Below, piece by piece: positions 1 to 12,379 of a DNA stretch of 64,000 nt. Every line of letters starts with the position of its first letter. The stretch's first letter is position 1. This DNA is from Felis catus (taxonomy: Eukaryota), in assembly GCF_018350175.1 (NCBI RefSeq), contig NC_058368.1, positions 112,036,001 to 112,100,000 on the forward strand, written 5' to 3'. Below the pieces are notes generated by a model. It did no database searches, had not been told where the DNA came from, and saw only the letters and a list, made by a program, of their open reading frames with translations. The position numbers were made by a program, and so were the translations under genes.

Positions 1-90
1 GGTCCCTGCTTCTGTCCTGGTCTCTGAAGCCTACATCCCTCTGTGTGGCTTTTAAAAATATAAATCAGTTTATTAAAAAAAAAAAGTTGG

Positions 91-301
91 GGGGCGCCTG
101 GGTGGCTCAGTCGGTTAAGCGTCTGACTTCAGCTCAGGTCATGAACTCGCAGTCCGTGAGTTTGAGCCCCGCATCGGGTTCTGGGCTGATGGCTCAGAGC
201 CTGGAGCCAGCTTCCGATTCTGTGTCTCCCTCTCTCTCTGCCCCTCCCCCGTTCATGCTCTGTCTCTCTCTGTCTCAAAAATAAATAAACGTAAAAAAAA
301 A
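91..301 (+). mobile_element. Can-SINE (SINEC_Fc-like), young
   Basis: GGGGCGCCTGGGTGGCTCAGTCGGTTAAGCG head, (CT)n tract, AATAAA/A tail. TSD A(n)GTTGG on both sides. Confidence 0.92.
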
Positions 302-327
302 TTAAAAAAAAAAGTTGGAGGGGAGGA

Positions 328-533
328 GGGGCACCTGAGTGGCTCTGTCCTTAAGCGACCAAATCTTGGTTTTAGCTCAGGGCATGGTCTTGCAGTTTGT
401 GAGTTCCAGCGATGCATTGGGCTCTGCACTGACCTGTGGAGCCTACTTGGCATTCTCTCTCTCCCTCTCTCTCTACCCCTCCCCCTGCTCATGCTTTCTC
501 TCTCTCTCTCTCTCTCTCTCAAAGTAAATAAAC
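328..533 (+). mobile_element. Can-SINE (older, diverged)
   Basis: GGGGCACCTGAGTGGCT head, (CT)n, AAATAAA tail. Confidence 0.85.
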
Positions 534-535
534 TT

Positions 536-731
536 ATTATATATATATATATATGTCAGTATATATATGTGTTTATACATATGTGTATATATATATATGT
601 GTATATATGTGTATATATAATGAACTTATTATATATAATATATATCAGTATATATGTGTATACATATGTATATATAATAAAAACTTATTACATATAATTT
701 ACATTATATAAGTTATATAAGTTTATTATGT

Positions 732-770
<39 letters not shown>
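536..770. repeat. (TA)n / AT-rich low-complexity microsatellite
   Basis: Imperfect TA/TG dinucleotide array following the SINE tail. Confidence 0.9.
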
Positions 771-771
<1 letters not shown>

Positions 772-3689
772 TCAGTTTTCAACTGTTTCAACCTTTCAAT
801 TACCTTGAAAAAAAGAATCATGATTTGCACTGCCCCTCATCTGTCTCCATCCTTACCACCCCCCCCCCCCCCCGCCCCCTGCCCACCATGCCCTGTGTGC
901 CTGTCACATCAGCCTCCTTGCTGTCCCTCTATACACCATTCACGGCCAGGGCTTTCTCCTTGCAGTCTCGTCTCCCTGGGACACCTCCCTCCAGGTGATG
1001 CCATGGCTTGCTCCTCTCCTCTCTCACCTGAGCCTCCCCTCAGATGTCATCTCATTAAAAGCCCTTCCCTGACCATCTTTTCTGAAAGAGCAGCCTCCCT
1101 TGAACTCTGGCATTCCATATTTCCCTTGTTTTATTTGATTTCATGTTCTCCCCCTCAGCAACTACCACAGTCTCTCATGAATTTATTTTGTCTTTCCCTG
1201 TGAGACTCCAAACTTTCGGTGAGCTCCTTTTGGGGTGTCCTGGTCCCCATGGTGCCTAGAATGCTGCTCAGCACACAGCAGGGGCCTCACAAAGAGTTAT
1301 TAAAGATAAGGGTGAAATCCTGCATTTCCTGAGCATCCCGGGCTTTCCTGGCCTGGTTTCCTGCAAGCTTGGAAGCAGTGTGTAAAAATACACATTACAC
1401 CAGGACAGAAGCCAACAGAGAGACAAAGGTAGAGAATAAATAAGCCTGTCTCATTGCCTTCTGATTCCTCAGTGGAAGTTTCTGTTGAAGAAGTGAAACA
1501 CGGCTGTCAGCAGGAAGTTCTGTGCTCTATCCTTGAGCAGAATATTTTAGTAACCTCTGGTCTGTCTTCACAGATGCCAGTGGATAGATGAGAGTTTGCT
1601 GCAGGAACAAAGAGGCCCCTGAGCTGGGGATGAGCATTTTAAATCACCTTCCTTCTTTCCTTCCATTTGAGAGCTCTAAGGGCTGAACATAGATGCTTTC
1701 TTCTTTGGAAGGACAACATTAACTGGCAGGGGTGAAGACGCCCCCCCCAGCAACTGATGTTGCCGAAGATGTTCCTTTAGATGCAAGGTGCTCTGGGCCC
1801 TGCACCTTAAGTTGTGAGCCTGTTTTGGTAACAAAGTTGGGAATACGGTTAGCTCTTCTACAGTCCTGGGGGTAGTGATGTTTCCCATTTTCGGTGCTGA
1901 CTGTGTACAGTTATAGCAGACAAAGGTCCTACTGTAGCTGTGAGCTCCAGGATGCCTGGGGGGTTTCAGGGTGTTTGCTGCTAGTTTTCCCAAGGATTTT
2001 GGACAATGATAAACATAAGCAGCTGTTCTCTTCCTCTGGCCCAGCTACGTGCACCTACACCATGGCTGAGCAGGGTCCCCTGCCCGGCTTGCAGTCCCGG
2101 CCTGAAAGGGAGTCACTTCCGAACATCCTATGCACAGGAAAGCAGAAAATCTGAGGCAACCCGTTTGTGTCTTTTGCTATAGGAAAATGCAAAGCTAGTA
2201 GAGTGAATTAATTCCGGGACAGACAATAGAGTGGGGCCCCGGGCAGGGTCATTCAAGAGACACAACTTCTTCCTTGAAGCTTTTAGCAGAAACAACTCCA
2301 CTCTGAGCCCTCACAACTTCTGAAGCTTTTCTTGGAGGATTCTTTGTTTGCTCCAAGGGCAGTTAGAGAAGGCATTCAACTTTCCAGAACCTTCTGTAAA
2401 GGAGCCTTTTTATCTGAAAGAGGGCTCCTTGCCGGGGACTAGGCTTAGCGATGCCTGCTGGAGACCCAGCATATGAGTCTGTGGAACCAACTCATCAGGA
2501 TGTGTGAGGAGGGTTAACACATGCACAAGGGGAAAATGCTATTAATGGCTCTCCTTTTGGCCCTCTGCTTCTACTCACCTCCTAAACAGGTACGATTTCT
2601 TTTAACATTAGAGCATACTATTTTCCTGAACCCATTTCTACCTCCTGCCTCTAAATAATTCAATTCATGAAAAGGGACAACCCAGTGGGGAAAAAATTTG
2701 GTCTTCACGTGTGGTAACTTGTAAGCCGGGGAACAGGCCACAAGGACATTTTAGGGAGTATCTCTTGTAATCATCCACATTCTGAAATTTACAACAAAAC
2801 TGCTTGTGGCCAATGCTGTTAGCTACTTGTCAGACAACAGACAAACTCACTGCAGTCAGAAAAATCCCCACTGGGTTTGCACGGCTGGTTTCTCTGGCAG
2901 CAAATGAAAGCTTTGGCTGCTGCCCTTAAAGACGGGCTGAGCAAAAACAGGACTGAGCCCACCGAATGTCTCCCTACCCGCCCCCCTCACTGTAGGCACA
3001 GCTGGGGAGATATATGTGTGTGTGGGGGGGTGTGTGTGTGCAGGCACCCTAACTCACAATTTTAGGCAGGTGCACACGCCATCCAGACATACCACACCAG
3101 GGTAATTCATCCCACACCTCACAGCCAGGGTGATCCTAGCCTCAATGGACAACAATTTGGAGGCATTGTTTACCAATCAATTTCTCCCTCTAAATAGGCT
3201 GTTATAAGAGTGGACCCTTCTGCTTGCCCAGCCTGGGCCCACCTGTCACTGGGACTTCCTAGCCAGTGGTCACACTGTATTGATCTTTTTAATCCCCTCT
3301 CTTTGAAACACAGAGCCAGCTGATGTGGAGTTCCTCAAAAGAAAGAGTCTCCCACCGCCCCTACCTCTACAGGTAGCTGCATATCCGGGGCTAATTCCCC
3401 ACTAAAAAGTCTTAATTGGCTTACGGGGAGCCTGAAAGATCTCCCTTGTGCTTATAAGGTGAAAGGAAATGATGTCTCCCAAATGCCCTGGCCCGTCTTT
3501 ATCCATTTCTTGGTGGAAATCAAGTGCATTGTATATTTTTAAGTGTTTTTGAAAAGGGAGTGGAGAGTTTGGAGGTGGGTGAGGATAGTGTTTCACTTTA
3601 GTGGTTGAGCCGCCAGGGGATGGGAAGAAAGCCTCAGAGAGACACCAACATGAGGCGAGAAACTTGGTGACTTATTTTTTTACTTCGTT

Positions 3690-3695
3690 TTTATT
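3690..3695 (-). terminator. NEUROG1: NEUROG1 polyadenylation signal AATAAA
   Basis: Plus-strand TTTATT at 3690-3695, about 680 nt past the stop codon, at the end of an AU-rich 3' UTR. Confidence 0.75.
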
Positions 3696-4374
3696 TACAC
3701 GAAACATCTGCAGTACAAAAATGTAAACTTTGATACCTCATAATAATAGAATAAACTCTTTATGTACAAAAATACATTTTCATATGAAAGAAGCATCTTG
3801 AATAAATTAAAGTACTTTCCAGCCCCGTGCCTGAATAGCTACGCAAGTCTGGGTTCTTCCTAGAGCAAGCCTGCAGTGGTGGGGGTCGGGATCCATAATG
3901 CATGAAGCCCACTCCTTGTCTCTCCTTTTTAAGCCTTTTCATTGTATTGTCAGCCGGCTCAAACCGAATTTTCATGCTCGTTTTTCTTCATTAGAGTTCT
4001 ACAAATTGTAAAATTGACTTTTCACCTCGTCTTCAGGGGCTGAGCTGTCCCTTTTCTAAATCACACTGAAGTGGTGGCTGGGGTCAGCTCTGAGCCAGCC
4101 ACAAAGGAGGTTTTGTGGAGTTCAGAAAGTGCAAAAGGAAAGGCCGTCTAGGGGCGGGCAGGAGGGGCCCAGGGCTGAGGGCTGGAGAAACAGACCAAGG
4201 GGCAGCCACGGCGGCGAGGGTGCAGCGACCTAACAAGCGGCTCAGGTATCTCCCACCCCTTTAAAGCTCCCGCTTCCTCCCTCCGCCCAGACTGGGGGTC
4301 CTGAGACTGCAGCTGGGGCTCCATCTACTGCCTGTTGCCTTGGGAGGGGGAAGGTAACGGTGTCCCTGAAGGGC

Positions 4375-5106
4375 CTAGTGGTAAGGGATGAAACAGGGCG
4401 TCGTGTGGAGCAAGTCTTTGGGCAGCCCGGGGAAGGAGAAAAGGGGGTCGCCGGGGCCGTAGGCGAAGTCTTCCGAGGCAGCGGGGCTACTGGGGTCAGA
4501 GAGTGGCGAGGCCGCGGCGGCGCAGGGAGAGGCGGCTGCACCGGAGCCCCAGGACTCGGCGTCGCTGGAGGGGCTCGGGGGCCCGGGCAGGCAGGGGGCG
4601 CACTGCGGCGGCAGGAGGCGCTCCCGGGCACCGCTCCCGGGCAGTCCCTGATCGGCCAGGCGCAGAGTCTCGGCCAGAGCCCAGATGTAGTTATAGGCGA
4701 AGCGCAGCGTCTCGATCTTGGTGAGCTTGGTGTCGTCGGGGAAGGAGGGCAGCACGCTGCGCAGCGCGTCCAGAGCCGCGTTCAAATTGTGCATGCGGTT
4801 GCGCTCGCGGTCATTGGCCTTGACACGCCGGCTCCTGCGCAGCGAGTGCAGCAGCGCCTCGGAGCGCACACGCGCTCGGCCCCTGCGCCGCCGCCGCTCC
4901 TGCTCGTCGTCTTGCGCCCGGGGAGTATTGGAAGCTGCAGGAACCGCGGGAGCGCCCCTGCGCACTGGCACGGGCGTCCCCGAGGCGGAAGCTGGCGGCT
5001 GGAGCCCGGCACAGTCCTCCTCGTCGGTGAGGAAGCCGGACAGGTCGCTGCTGCTGCTGCTGGCGCAGTCGAGGTCCGAGAGGCATTTCTCCAGAGGGGC
5101 CGGCAT
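4375..5106 (-). CDS. NEUROG1: Neurogenin-1, proneural bHLH transcription factor, single coding exon, 243 aa
   Basis: The ATG at 5106-5104 begins [32 protein letters not shown]. The neurogenin b[60 protein letters not shown] follows, then an SP-rich C-terminus ending [12 protein letters not shown]. Stop TAG at 4377-4375. Sub-ORF of the 4375..5520 track ORF. Confidence 0.98.
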   Translation of the reverse strand: MPAPLEKCLSDLDCASSSSSDLSGFLTDEEDCAGLQPPASASGTPVPVRRGAPAVPAASNTPRAQDDEQERRRRRGRARVRSEALLHSLRRSRRVKANDRERNRMHNLNAALDALRSVLPSFPDDTKLTKIETLRFAYNYIWALAETLRLADQGLPGSGARERLLPPQCAPCLPGPPSPSSDAESWGSGAAASPCAAAASPLSDPSSPAASEDFAYGPGDPLFSFPGLPKDLLHTTPCFIPYH

Positions 5107-5399
5107 CGTTGCGTGGCACAGGACCGACGGGCAGGTAGGAGGGCGCCTGGAGGACAGGAGCCCGGACAGAGGGTAGGGCCGCCGGGGCGCACTTACGTTC
5201 CAAATGGCCCAGGCCAACCCTGTGGCCGCTGCGGGCTTCACGGCCAGGAAAGGTGCTGGGGCGCACCTGGAGCTGGGTTTCACCTCCTCGCCTCGTCTGC
5301 TGCAGGGGCCACGCTCCCAGTCGGTCTCCCGAGTGATCTCGCCGGAGAGCAGATCAGCTCGTGTGAGTACCGAGTGTGGCACACGACCGGCCTCAGGAC

Positions 5400-5600
5400 C
5401 CCTTAAGTACCCGCCCCAACAATGGGCGCCCCCCTCCCTTGCCACCTCCGCCCCCGCGGCAGCCCCCGTGAATGGAGCGAGGCGGCAGGTCAGCCCCGTG
5501 CGGCGCCCGGGTATTTGCATAATTTATGCTCGCGGGGGGCCGCCCCGGCCCCTCCCCCCTCCCGGAGCGTGCCCGTAATTACCGCGGGCCAATCGGCGGC
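5400..5600 (-). promoter_or_regulatory. NEUROG1: NEUROG1 proximal promoter
   Basis: TATA-like TACTTAAG (minus, 5402-5409), GC box 5411-5417, Sox AACAATG 5418-5424, octamer ATTTGCAT 5513-5520 overlapping GCATAATTTATGC, homeodomain TAATTA 5576-5581, CCAAT 5589-5593. Confidence 0.7.
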
Positions 5601-7191
5601 GTCGCGCGCGGCCCCGGGAGCAGTCTCCGGGCTAAGCTGGCGGGGGCGTCTCCAGGCAGCGAAACGGAGGCGGGGGCGCCCGGCGATTAGCGGCCGAGGC
5701 ACGCTCCTCCGGGGGCGGGCCCGGCGCCCCTCGCTGGGGTGGGATGGGGAGGCGGGGCTCGGGCTGGAAAGTGTGAGCCGCGGAGCAAGTTGCGGAAACC
5801 TGGAGCCGGCTGGGAGCCTGGGTTCGTTTCCTCTCTCCCGCTGCTGAATGGCCGCGTGACTTTGGGCAAGTGATTTGACCTCACTTTCCCCGTCTGTAAA
5901 ATGGGACACACGTCTACCCTGTTGAGGATGTTGTGAAATGATGTTCGGAGGACAGTTGGCGCGGCGCTTTTGTAACGCAGCGCGGGATAAATGGTTGGGA
6001 GAGGCAGCGCCCTCAGAACCGAGGGAAAACCCTATCCACAGACGGAGAGTGGCCGGGTGTGGACCATAGAGCAGAGGGCAGGCGTAAGCGCTCTCGCTTC
6101 TTCCAGGTTGGTGAAGAAATAAGGGAAGGTCTCTGCTGACCGTCGTCGCCTAGGGGCCGGGGACCGGGAGGCAGGAGGTGGAGGAGCAGTTTGGAAAGTA
6201 AAAGAATGGATGATTTTTTCGAGTGCAATCTTGGCCAAATACTCCTAACACCACCCTAGTCCCCCAGCCCTCTTATTCCAACACTTTCAGATGACTTTTA
6301 AAGTAACAGAATCCCCTCCCCTCAGGGAGCCCTCCTTGCTCCTCTCTGCCCCCCACCCCCTACTTTGCTCTGTCTCTCTTGAAGGTGCTTGCGGCCTCTG
6401 AGGCTCCCTGGAATGTGAGCCAGACAGGGGACCTGGCTTTCCTGGCCCAGGAGAAAGGGTAGCAAGCACTCAGTAGCAGTCACTACCCACCTCCCTGGAT
6501 TCCTTTCTATACCTTAGTGATATAAACGCACCTATTAGAGCAGGTTTTCACTCTGCTGGTCAGCAGTCGCTTTTCCACCAGTGTTCATGTTGGAGCAGAA
6601 GATCCCAGGCACCCCCACGTTTGTACTTAGGGGGAAATAGTCACTAAGGAACAGCACCAGACGATGCAGGTGGGAAAGTTAAAAAACGAAATGAACACCT
6701 TTGAGCAAAGTTTCATTGTCCTCCCTGTGACATCTGGATGATGGCCTCAGGCCTGGTCTGTGGCCTGTTGTCCTCAGAGCTGTCTCTGCCTGCGACGCCG
6801 TCCCCTTTCTACAGAGGTGTTGTCTGGAGGCAGAGCCTGCCTCCGCAAACTGTCCAGTGACAGTCTCCAGGCTTCGTGGACTCTATCCAGCCCTGCTTTC
6901 CCCTCTGCTGCGCCTTACGTGTACTCCCAACCTGGAGAGGAGGCTGGACACGGTCATGTATAAGAGCTTTAGGTTTGTTAGAAGTCGCAAAAAGTGGATT
7001 TGATCAGCTTAAGCAAGAAAAGGGAGATTGTTGGGTGATGCGAGGCATTTCAAGGAACACAAAGCTGCCGGCATTTGTGTGAGCCTACAGGAGCCTAGGT
7101 ATCCTCAGCCCTGCTCCCAGCCTGTTTCGTCCCTGCTTTCCTGAGGCCTTGGTGCATTCCCACTACCTGTGACTTGACATTGCTGGGCCCC

Positions 7192-7620
7192 TGTATTGTA
7201 TTCTTGAGACTGGAGTACTAAGTCACCACAAACGAGGCACCTTAAAACAACAGGTATTTATTCTCCAGGAGGCTGGGAGTCTGAAGTCAAGGCATCAGCA
7301 GGGTTGGCCCTTTTTGGAGGCTCTGAGCCAGAATGTGTTCCAGGCCTCTCCTAGCTTCTGGTGGCTCCTGGTAGTTCTTGGCATTACTTGGCTGGTAGCT
7401 GCTCTACTTCAATCTTTGCCTTCTCCTTCTCTGTGTTTCTGTGTCTTCTGTTGCTTATAAGGATACTTGTCGTTGGATTTAGGGCCTGCCCTGATCTAGG
7501 ATGAGGTCATCTTGAAATCCTTATCTGTATTCCAGCTGCAAAGAACCCTACTCCAAATAAGTTCACATTCTGAGGTTCTGGATAGACGTGTCTTTTGGCG
7601 AGCCGCTATTAACATGCTAC
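7192..7620 (-). mobile_element. MaLR LTR (MLT1A/B/C-like), probably nested in an older MLT1 relic spanning about 6960-7850
   Basis: Typical MLT1 segments: CTTAAAACAACAG..TTTATTCTC, AAGTCAAGG..CAGCAGGGTTGG, CTTATAAGGA, TTGGATTTAGGGCC, CACATTCTGAGGT. Confidence 0.75.
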
Positions 7621-10301
7621 ATACAACTCCTTTTCTGAATCCCTGGAGGAGAGAATCTGTTCAGGGGACTAGGGTCACTGGAGTGGCCATTTGTCATTTC
7701 TTGGCTGCCTTGCACCTGAGGAGCCTTCCTGTTGAGGAATCTGAATGCATGAGCACCTCCCTCCCCATTCTTGGCAGTTGGAGTGTGGCTACGTGCCTTA
7801 AGTGGGGTCAATTGTATGCCCTGCTTGGAACTTAGGCTCTGAGCCAGTGACAGTTCAGAGTATACATGTGTTGTGCTGACAACCTGGAAACCAGTGGCCA
7901 GTGGTGGAAGGGTTGGCCAGGAGCAGTGGATATCCTGCCTTAGCTCTTCCTTGGGTCTGCCTGTCCCCCAAGCCCCCCAGATTTCATGCCTGGTTCTCTA
8001 GTCTTCTCACTGACTGCACAAGAAACTCCATCGTAGTGCTTTTCCTAGTAGGGCTCTTTTGCTTGAGTTAGCTAGGTTTGACGTCTGTGTGTGCTAAATA
8101 AAACACCCAAGTTAAACATTCAGTTGCCAAAGCATGGTGATTGAGGCAACCCATATACCATATTGCTTGCCTGTTCTGGGGCAAGAACTGTGCCAGACAC
8201 TGGGTTAACAGGGATGAAAACCTGGCTGATGGGGGTCACGGGCTCTGAGCCTCATAAGCCTAGGGTTCACTGCTGGTAGAACTCTTGGAGATTATTCATC
8301 CATGCATTGTACCTCATACTTAGGAAACTGAAGTGGCAGATGGAGGGGTCTTTTCGCCAGGTGACCCCAGGGATATCTGGTGGTCAAACTAGAGCCGGAT
8401 TCAGGAGAACTTCCAGCCCCTATTCCATGTTTTCCCATCACAGTTAATCAGTAAGTACATGGTGAGCATTTTCGCCTTTCTGCCCTGTGCCAGATGCTCA
8501 TATAGAGTCGGGCAGACCTGTAGTCATGGGGCAGGGGAGATGTGGCCACAGAAAAGTGATCTTTCCCTGGCTGAGAGAAGTACTGAGGGCCTACTAAGGG
8601 AGCAGACCTGAAGAGCGCCGTGCACCTCCAAAGGGAAAGGAGGTGGTTAGGGAAGCCTTCCTGGCAGAGGGAGGCTTGAGAAGGCCTTGAAGAATGAATG
8701 GGACATGAACGGATAATTTAGGTAGAAGGGGCTGTGTGGGGATGACTGTGGCAGCACTGTGGGGGCCAGCGGGAAGAGGGTAGGAGGCAGTTGTGATGGG
8801 CCTTGAATGGCCACGGCGGTCTTTCTTCTTCCTCTTTGTCTCCTTCTCATGGTGCTTTCTCTGAGCAGGGCTGTCACAGTTGTTCGGTGGTTTACTGCAC
8901 AAGGGCATCCATCGCAAGTGGGGAATACTTTCTAATCTCTTTACCACGTGCCGAGCCGTGCACCGTGATGTGAGATTGTATCTTTCCAGAGAGGTGTGCT
9001 TTTCAAGTGTGCCCAAAGGCACTTTATGAGCTCCCAGTGGCTCTGTGCTCTCTCCTGCCTGTGTCCCCCTCCTCTGCCAGTACCTTCGTGACCTGACTGG
9101 GTAGGCATCTTAACCTTGCCCTGCCTGCTCCTGGCTCTTGGGCGGTGCATGGGGCAGCTCCTCCCTGGACATTGGTGCCTGCCCACTTTGCTTTTAGTAA
9201 GTGCATCTGAGGCTTGGGAGGGGCACCTCTCCTGCAAGTGACCTGCTGAGGGTGGAGCTGAATCCTGGGAGAATGAGAATGAGGTGGTAGCTTAGGCTCA
9301 GGTGTGTCCCCTTTGAGGCTCAAGGCTTTCCCTTCCGAAGAAAAAGTTTGAGAAGTTTCTGCTGACCCCCCACATCCCTTGGAGCCTAGTGCAGGGCACG
9401 TCTGTGGAAGGGTCCTTCTGTCTCAGAGCACAATAGGATGCTATCTGGGCACGCAGTAAATCCAGCCACAGCAGGTGCCCAGGTGGCGAGGGCTGCAGTA
9501 GGTATTCTGGCTGCCTGATGTGTGAGCCATCCAGCTGCCCTTCTGCTGGGGGTGGAGCTAGGTGGGTGGGTCAGATGTTCCAAGGGTTTGGGTTAAACCA
9601 GAGTTTCTCACACTGTGGTCACCTGAAGCGGTAGGGATGATGGGGGACCCCAGCCCAGATGATGGGGGACCCCAGCCCGTCAGAATCTGGAAGTACGGAC
9701 CACATGCTAAGTCATGATTGACTGATACTTAGAGCCTCTATTTGCCCCTCATATTGGAATAAAAGCCTTTCTTTAGCATTCACCTTACTGTCGCGCTTAG
9801 CTAAGCCCTTGAGGCAGATCAGACATGTTTCTGTGACAGCTCAGAGGTGTTCTAAGTGATGCCAAGACTGGGGCTTCTGTTGTTCTGCTTGCCTGTGTGA
9901 CACCCTGGGGTGTCCCTGGGGGAGGATTCCCGGAAGGGATTCAGGGGCTGGAAGGTGCAGCCCTCATCTGGGCAGTTCTGGAGGTCTGACTCAAGACGCT
10001 GTGGAACCAGCAGGGAGGTGATTTCAGTCCCTTACTGAGAGGACCATTCTGCTGTGCACACCCTGCTGAAGGAACCAGCCTTCTGGAGAGATGGGAGGAG
10101 AGGCTCTCAGGGTTGAGGAGGGCATCTGATGTTTCCAGGGAAATTTGAAATTCTTGGTGTTTTTCTTTTTTTAAGCTGAAGAAAGGCCAAAATAGGAGAA
10201 AATAGTGGCATATTATGTTTACCTGTAATAAATTGATATGGTCAGCATGTACATATACAAAGCTGACTGTGTTGTTCACAAGACAATTTCAGAATTTTTA
10301 A

Positions 10302-10409
10302 CCGATTTTATTTCTTTTTAAGTAAACTCTACACCCAGTGTGGGGCTCAAATTCACAACCCCGAGATCAAGAGTGGCATGCTCTACTGACTGAGCCAGCC
10401 AGGCACCCC
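10302..10409 (-). mobile_element. Short tRNA-derived carnivore SINE
   Basis: Ends CTGAGCCAGCCAGGCACCCC. 17-bp TSD AATTTCAGAATTTTTAA at 10285-10301 and 10414-10430. Confidence 0.85.
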
Positions 10410-10935
10410 AGAAAATTTCAGAATTTTTAAATGAACATCAAATCATCACACATGTAGATATGGAAATGCAAGGATGGAAGCAGATTTAAATTTGTTGTTG
10501 CACATCCTCTTCCTCTAGCCTTGTCAGTGACTCAGTGGCCGTGTGTGTGACTTCATTTGGAGTTAGTGCCCACAGCCTTTGAGCCCTTTTGTGGACACGA
10601 GGCTGAGCCAGATAGCCTCCTTGCCGTCCTCCCTTTCAATTATCAGAAACATGTAAGCCTGAGGTTGAACAAACTACCTACCTTTTAGAGATGCTGCTTC
10701 GGGAATGAGGCTGAAAGGTTAGTGTCTTGTAATTCCAAGTGCTGGCATGAGCATCTGAATGTGTTGGGGCATGGGGAGGACACCATCACATTTCATACTT
10801 TTCTCCCAAACTGTTTTAGCTGAAATTTATCATTCCCTATCCACACCAGTTGTTAGAATATCAATTTCAAGAGTGCTGTGGCATCTACATGTAGATCTGA
10901 GTTTTGTTATGGGCAGTGTCTGTCCTTTTTCCATT

Positions 10936-11030
10936 CCTCCCCCCCCTCCCTCCCTCCCTCCCTTCCTTCCTTCCTTCCTTCCTTCCTTCCTTCCTTCCTT
11001 CCTTCCTTCCTTCCTTCCTTCCTTCCTTCC
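10936..11030. repeat. (CCCT)n(TTCC)n tetranucleotide microsatellite
   Basis: Directly visible. Confidence 0.95.
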
Positions 11031-12379
11031 CAGTATACATGAACTCTCAGATGCCATTTAGGATAACATAGGTGAAGGTTGTTGGCGTGTTACTCAGCCA
11101 CTCATCCACCTGGGTCTTGGGCACAGGGCTGGGCAGTGTACTGAGTTTACAAGGCAGATTTTTGCACAAAGTACAGTATGAGGGCCACCCTTTCCAAACA
11201 AGACCGTTAAACTCCCATCATAGTTTTCTTTCTGGAGCTACCTGTGGGGAGCGATGGCATTGGTTTGGTGGGTGGCATTTTAGAAAGAAAACACTGTCAT
11301 CTTTTTTAGAAAAAAAAGAAGAGAAAGGTGCAGTTACTCCAGAGGAAGCGATGAAGGATGATGTTGGACCCAGAGGCACACAGTGTTCCTTTCAGTCTGT
11401 TAAATACACCCGCAGATATGCGTTTCCATCTAAGAGAAGCAGGGTAGGGGTGGGGAATGGAACGGAGAAACAATTCCCTATTTTCTTTACTGATGACCCA
11501 TGACAGTTGTGGAAGGGGGGGTAAAAGGGAGGGGGGAAACGAGGCAGGAGGGGGGAAACAGAGGGGTCTTTCAGTGACAGAGCAAGGAAAATGGCAAATT
11601 ATCCATGGTTTCCAGAAATCCGTGGAGGCCCCCTCGGCCCCTGCTCTGCTAAATACAGTGCCGGCTGTATGCATTTCCCACCTCAGAGATGTCTGCTTGA
11701 ATATTCTGGGGCATTGTATACTGATGTGTTTGGTTATGTACAGTCTGCCTACTTGTGGGATGAATGTTGGCCTCCAGGGGAAGTCCTGGTGCAAATCAAC
11801 TTTATTCTAGTGCTGTGCAAGAAGTGCCTTCCAAAAACACATGGGGCAGTTCTGCAGCTGGATAAATTCTTTCCAAAAGAAAGTTTCAAATTTGATTGGA
11901 GTTCTCAAGCCTCGTAGCAGGAACAGTATGTGCTTGGGCTCGCCCAAGGTTTGAGGTGCGTTTGTGGTTTGGGCCAGTCTTGGGTGAAACAATGTCCTTT
12001 TTGTGCCTTAAGTACTGTGGGGGAGGCGAAGGGGGGTGTGCATGCTTGTGGCGGGAGGGCCCATGGGGTGCAGACCCTGAAATGAAGAGGGAGAGGGCAG
12101 AAGGTACCCACCCCCCCTTCCCCACCCCCCTCAGGAGTGAGGCTTGGAATCATTTTCACATCAGCTGTTTGAGGCTACAATCAATCCAGAACCTCCTTCA
12201 AAGCCTCTGAGTTTTGCCTGCCTAGATTTCTTGAAGTGAAAACTTTTGGACTCAGATTTAAGAACAGTAGGCCCTGCTGTTGCTGCCACCAGATTCAGCT
12301 TCCCACATCCAGGCCGCACCTGCCACGGGATATTGCTAAAGCCAGAGTTCATTTTTGTCTGTTTCATGGTTTTGCATTC

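Larger units (their letters stand above)
4200..6090. promoter_or_regulatory. CpG island over the NEUROG1 CDS and promoter
   Basis: Very high GC and CpG density compared with the CpG-depleted flanks. Boundaries judged by eye. Confidence 0.9.

Noticed and set aside
91..170. tRNA-like A/B boxes in SINE heads as tRNA genes
   Set aside because: These are the tRNA-derived heads of Can-SINEs, followed by (CT)n and A tails.
45..527. Recurrent short ORFs such as GAWVAQSVKRLTSAQV across the window
   Set aside because: Translations of Can-SINE copies.
4360..5406. 348-aa plus-strand ORF antisense to NEUROG1
   Set aside because: Starts at GTG, mirrors the GC-rich NEUROG1 codons and has no recognisable domain. 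A typical shadow ORF.
4375..5520. 381-aa version of NEUROG1
   Set aside because: The known N-terminus begins MPA at 5106. The upstream ATG sits within promoter motifs.
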